DNA from: Phaeosaccion multiseriatum
Taxonomy: Eukaryota; Protista; Ochrophyta, other classes
Length of the DNA stretch: 64,000 bases
Assembly: GCA_965112735.1 (NCBI GenBank)
Contig: OZ218955.1
Span: 2,356,001 to 2,420,000 of the forward strand
Direction of reading: 5' to 3'
Made by a program: the position numbers and the translations under genes. This document shows, one piece after another, positions 59,301 to 64,000 of this stretch (the first letter of the stretch is position 1; each line of letters starts with the position of its first letter). The notes below the pieces were generated by a model, which made no database searches, was not told the DNA's origin, and worked only from the letters and a program-made list of their open reading frames with translations.

Positions 59301-62300
59301 TGGGCACCGGCTGCTCTCTCATGTTCTGGAGCAGGAGGTACAGTACGCTAGTCTGCACGACATCCTCCACCGCCCCCCCCAAGGGGGTCTTCTGCGGCGC
59401 GAGCAGTTCTTCCTGGAGCGGCACGAGCCTGGCGTCGAGCGAGCTCAAGTCCTGCAGTTTTAGGTGTGTAGCGCGCAACAAGAGCCGGCGGTCAAAAAGC
59501 AATGCTACAAGCAAGCAAAGTCTGCGGGATTTAGAAAACACACCGAACTTACCTTGTCCACATGGTCGCCCCCTGGTGGGACGAGGGGCGCGCAGATGCC
59601 CGCCACAGCAGCAGGGACGCACTGCTGCGGTAGCATTCCCATGAGACGGCGCACAAAGGCCCGGACCAGAGGGCCCTCTTCTCCCGTCTCTCCAAGCGCC
59701 GCAAGCAGGCGGTCGGGAGGCAGAGTCTTGCTCATATACATGAGAAGACTAGTGGCGAGCAGAGGTATGCAAGTGTTGTGGCTGTATTCCACGTAGCGTG
59801 GAATGGCACAAAGCACGTAGGAGCGGCGGCCGTATCCGTACCCGTCTTCAGATCCTCGACGCCCCCCCGCGTGTGTCTGATCTGCCAAGAGCTCCGCCAG
59901 TGGGACTGCCGGACAGGACAAGGGAGAAGTCCAGACAAGGCATCAGAACAACAAAAGCCCTCTTTGTCTTCCTCAGTGGTTGCTACTTACGTGGTGCGGT
60001 GATGGGTAGCAGCTGGCCTCGCTGATAAACCTGTGGGAAAACACCGTTTGTTTCAAACTGGGAAAATGCATGACAAAAAGACCAAAAGAACAGAGGACGA
60101 ACCTGAAGCAATGAAGGCTCTCTTCTCAGCCTCTGGATGAAGCCCCCTTCTCCCCCCTCCCTGTGCGCCACTGCCTGCAAGAGGCTCATGGCCAGGAGCA
60201 CGCACCGCTCGTGCCACCATGACCAGTCCGACTCTGACTCTTGCTTCACAGCCGCCTTCGCCTCCTGCCTCTTCTGAAAAGTCGCCTCCACGAGCTCCCC
60301 ATTGGCAGACATTTGCACGGCACGTCCTCTCCTGACCCCTCCTTCCCTCTGTTCCCTCAGCACTGACAAGAGCGAGCTCTCGGCCGCACTCTGTCTCTCC
60401 GCCGCCAAGGCCTTGGCAGCATCGCCCCCCGGGGAAAGTACGCCCACCAGCACCCTGAGAAGCCTCCCCCTGCATAGCACCTCTGCCATGAGCATGAAGC
60501 CTGGTGACCGGGGCCGCTGGTCCTTGACTGCCTGAACGTCAAAGTCGAGCACACACTGCTTGCGATCTTCGTCGTCTGCCAGTGGAGCAGTGCCCTCCTC
60601 TCCAATGGGGTAATGTGCCAACACGGCGCAGAAGACCTCCAGCACCCGTCCAATCACACGCCACTTCTCCCCTGGGTAGCGGTATGCCCTGCCGTACGTA
60701 CCACAGTCAGAGAGCATTCTCCAGATCAGGGCGAGCGGAGAAGAAGAACACTACGAAACCCTTGCGAGAGAACCTCCGAACGTACCTTCCTTCTGCCTTG
60801 AGCAAGACACCCTCCAGCAAGAAATCCATGTAAGGTGCCATACCCGCCTCCCTGTAGCCGCCACCTAGCTGGTACGGTAAGGGCTGCATCGCCAGCTTCG
60901 CCATGAGGCCGCAGAAGCCGTCGGTCAGGGGATACTCGCGTGCCTGCGCCTCGTTCAGCTCCAACTCCGCAGGCACGCCCCCCTCACCATCTTGACTTTT
61001 CTGGTATGTCCAACGTGCAGTCGGAACGAGCTGCATTGCCTCTATTTGGCCCCACACCCAGGCTGGGAGCTCTCGAAGGAGAGGATCAGACATTCCCGAG
61101 GAAGAGTCAACCAGAGACGCGGCAATGGCCTTGAGCACGCTGCCCTTGAGCTTGGCCTGCACGGGACAGGCGTGCAGCCGCAGCAGAGTCCCTAGCACAT
61201 TATATCGCTCGTCGAGAAGCTCTCTCTTGGCCACAGGGTTCTGGAGTACACGCTGCAAGAGCCGCGCAACCGTAACGAAAAGATTGGTCACCCAAGAAGC
61301 GAGTGGCTGCTGCTGCTCCTTCGGTGCCAGCTGTTGCTGCTGCTGCTGCTGCTGCTGCAGATGCTGCTGAGCTCCCTGGCTGCCGTCTTCCGCCGGCGAG
61401 AGGATGGAAAGTGAGGGGGCGGGGAGGGGGTACAGGGAAGCAACTTTGAGCAGAAGGTAGGAAGAAAAGGCCCACTCAGCGACCGCTCACCACTCGACAG
61501 TCGGCCCCCAGGATGCCTCAAATGGCCAATTGCCCTCGGAGCAGATTTGTCCCCCAGAGGCCCTCCAATCACCTCAACACCCATGCTGCTTGCAATGCCT
61601 CTCGCCTCGGACAGCAAATGGCCCCACCCAAACGGCCTCTCTGCCAAGTACTCGAACACCTTCTCTGCGTTGCCCACGGGCCCGGAAGCGAGGGCTGCCA
61701 GGTAGTCTAGCACGGGGTGCAGAAGCAAGGAGGCGTTCTCCTGCAGCTTCTGAGAGAGGAGCTCCAAGGAAGGCGTTTTCGGAAATCCCTCCAGCAGTAC
61801 AGAGGTCATCGCGGGGTAGAGTTCGCACAGCTCCGCCATGTACAGCACCACCTAAGTGAGGCGTTGGTGGGGATTGATTCTCACTCATTATCTGGGAACA
61901 ACGAGTCTCAGTGTGTGGTCGCGTCTTGCCCACGTACCTGATCAAGGCCGTCCTTATCAAGCGCCTCTGCTTGCTCAAAAGGAGCTTCTGCATCGTCAAA
62001 CGCAAGTCCCGTATCCAGCTCGTAGCTCATCTCCAGTCGATCATCGCTCACGAGGTCCAAGAATCCTTTTGTCACCTGAGGTGGTTCAGGCGCCACAAGC
62101 AAGGAAGAGAAAGACTCAGTATGGCTCCTGCTGCTCTCACGAAATGAATAAGACTAAGCCTGACCTCCATCAAAATCTCGGCGTAGAAGGTGTTGCTGCT
62201 GCTGCTACACCCCGCAATGTCTTGCGCCAGAAATCTCCTTGAAGCGAGAACCGGCCCCCGTAGGAAGGAAAATGCCCCCCCTTTGAGCGCCTCCACCAGC

Positions 62301-64000
62301 GGATCTTCCACCTTACGCACAGGGGAGTGGGAGAGAAGAGTCGTCAGGGCCAGCAAAAGTGCGTTGGTGTCCTCTCTTCCCCTCCGCTCACCTGAGCCTT
62401 ATTGCACATGCCGCTAAAGACAGAGGGGGCCATGAATTGTGCCCAAACTATTTGGACCACGGCCTGCACTTGGCGGTGGTGCCACCGCTCCTCCATTGCC
62501 ACTCTGAGCAAGGGAAGGTAGACGGGATGAGATTTGGGTACATACCGCAAATGGCGCGGATCGCGGCCTGGCATTGGATGGACATGCGCACACTGACCTC
62601 ATGAGTCCCCCCAACCCAGATGCGTTTTCCGGTGCACAACCGCTGGGTAAAAGAGCATTTCCTGTGGTCTGCGCCGGAACACCCGTGGAGCGGTCCCTCA
62701 ACTGCTGGTCTTGGCTCAGGCAGCAGGCCAGTGTTAGCACAAGAATTAGAGTGGTGTTGAACATGGAAACCTGAGACACGGTAGAGAAACAGCGATTACG
62801 TGAAGAGGGCTGCCGGCTTGAATCATATCGTATAGCTACGAACTAACCCATGAGGCATCGTTCTGATCCTGCGCCTGAGCAGCAGCCGTGCCGTAGCCAT
62901 AATCGTGGTAGTGTAAGGAGGAGTGGTGCGCATGGTGCTGCGCCATCTTGCTCAGACGAGTGGAGCAATCTCTGAAGGGGTAAAATGAAGCACAGCAGCA
63001 GGCAGGCGGGTCAGGACACGGTGGCTGTCGATCGCAGTAGGTGTGTACAGCATCCTCACCTCAGCAGCTGCAAGAGCTCTTGCACCTCCTCAGCCGTTGC
63101 CTGTGTGTCGTAAAAGGTGAAGAACAGAGCTTCTGCGGCCACCAGCCGACAGCTGTCTGTGAGCCTAGTGCGATCCTCCCCACCTTTGCGTGCCCCCCCG
63201 AGCCCCGCACTCTCCTCGGGCAGCATTTGCCGCAGACACTCAATCAGTCTTGATGGCAGACCCTGTAAGTCGATGGGCGACGAGTTGATTTGGTCGGATC
63301 TCTGAATGACTCCCAAGCAGGGTTGGGCTTGTTTCTCTCCCTCTCTCTTTCTCACCTCCACCACGAGAGAGTTCGTGATCGTGATGATAGCCCCCAGCCT
63401 CTCTTTCGAGACAATCTCGTCTCGCCGAGCTTTGATGAGCTCGCAAACACACCGAAGCAACTGCCCTCGCTCCAACAAAAACAGCTCTTTCGCAGCCACA
63501 GCCAATGTGGAGGGGAGGTCGGACTTCAAGCTACCGTCCTGCCAAAAGTGCAAGAGCAACCAAAGAAGAGGCTTCAGCGTCAGAACTCTTGCAATGCCCG
63601 GTGCTCCGGGTCCCACCCACCTCAGCGCCAAGGAGCTGCTCCAGGACTGTCCTATTCTCTAGGGACGCCACCGCTCGCCAATACTCAACACACTGCAATT
63701 CATCCAGCAACAAGTCGGCCGACATCTGAATGATGGGTCCTCGCCATGCCTCCGGCACCAGGCCGTTGGAGACCTGTGGCAACACCATAAGCAGCGCAAT
63801 CAGTGGGGCAAAACTCTCGCACTACCAAACAGCTCGGAACACACCTGATTTCTGTGCTCCGTCGACGGGGGCGCGACATCGAATGGGCCAGGCTTGAGCA
63901 GCCCGTCCTTGTGCTCCCGCAAGGTCTGGACAAAAGCCTGGATCTCCTCCTCCGCACCACGGCCCTCTCCCTCCCCGAGGAAGAATTGTTGTATCCTATC
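56347..64000 (-). CDS. NUP205: Nucleoporin Nup205/Nup192-like, 5' part outside the window (multi-exon)
   Basis: Very long helical protein with ELELNEAQAREYPLTDGF, RAYRYPGEKW, SPGFMLM, PNLAHLLLG, NCLEAVLDLL and AWLLRCLAIDLH. Confidence 0.75.

Noticed and set aside
40000-64000. Numerous antisense and overlapping ORFs in the genic region
   Set aside because: They are shadows of GC-rich coding exons on the opposite strand or in other frames.

Overview
This is eukaryotic, GC-rich genomic DNA with spliceosomal GT-AG introns, possibly from a stramenopile-type protist or alga (a guess). It has two sharply separated domains. (1) Positions 1-~39.6 kb are a 177-bp satellite array with 3-mer and 6-mer higher-order structure, heavily invaded by nested mobile elements. 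These include a full-length but defective chromodomain Ty3/Gypsy LTR element and a 5'-truncated Gypsy whose integrase ends in chromo plus Tudor-like domains. There is also a non-autonomous tRNA-primed LTR element. Two related non-coding families insert without a TSD; one shows the complete split-direct-repeat (TOC1/PAT/Ngaro DIRS-like) architecture. Finally, three copies of two unusual mini-elements have ~90-bp palindromic hairpins as terminal repeats (TGT..ACA, 4-bp TSD), and one copy is a ~600-bp head-to-head palindromic dimer. (2) Positions ~40-64 kb are compact, gene-dense DNA: NDUFA2, Eps15-like, CDK9/CDKC-like, bL35m, NO66-like JmjC, an ankyrin + HET-like + CaaX protein, RPL37A, a (GGGA)n MITE-like element, U2A'-SAP and Nup205 (partial). 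The best candidates for an undescribed system are the hairpin-ended mini-elements and the satellite-resident split-repeat elements with a structured B repeat and a cargo module shared across TE classes. All alignments and folds were done by eye, so boundaries are approximate to a few nt.
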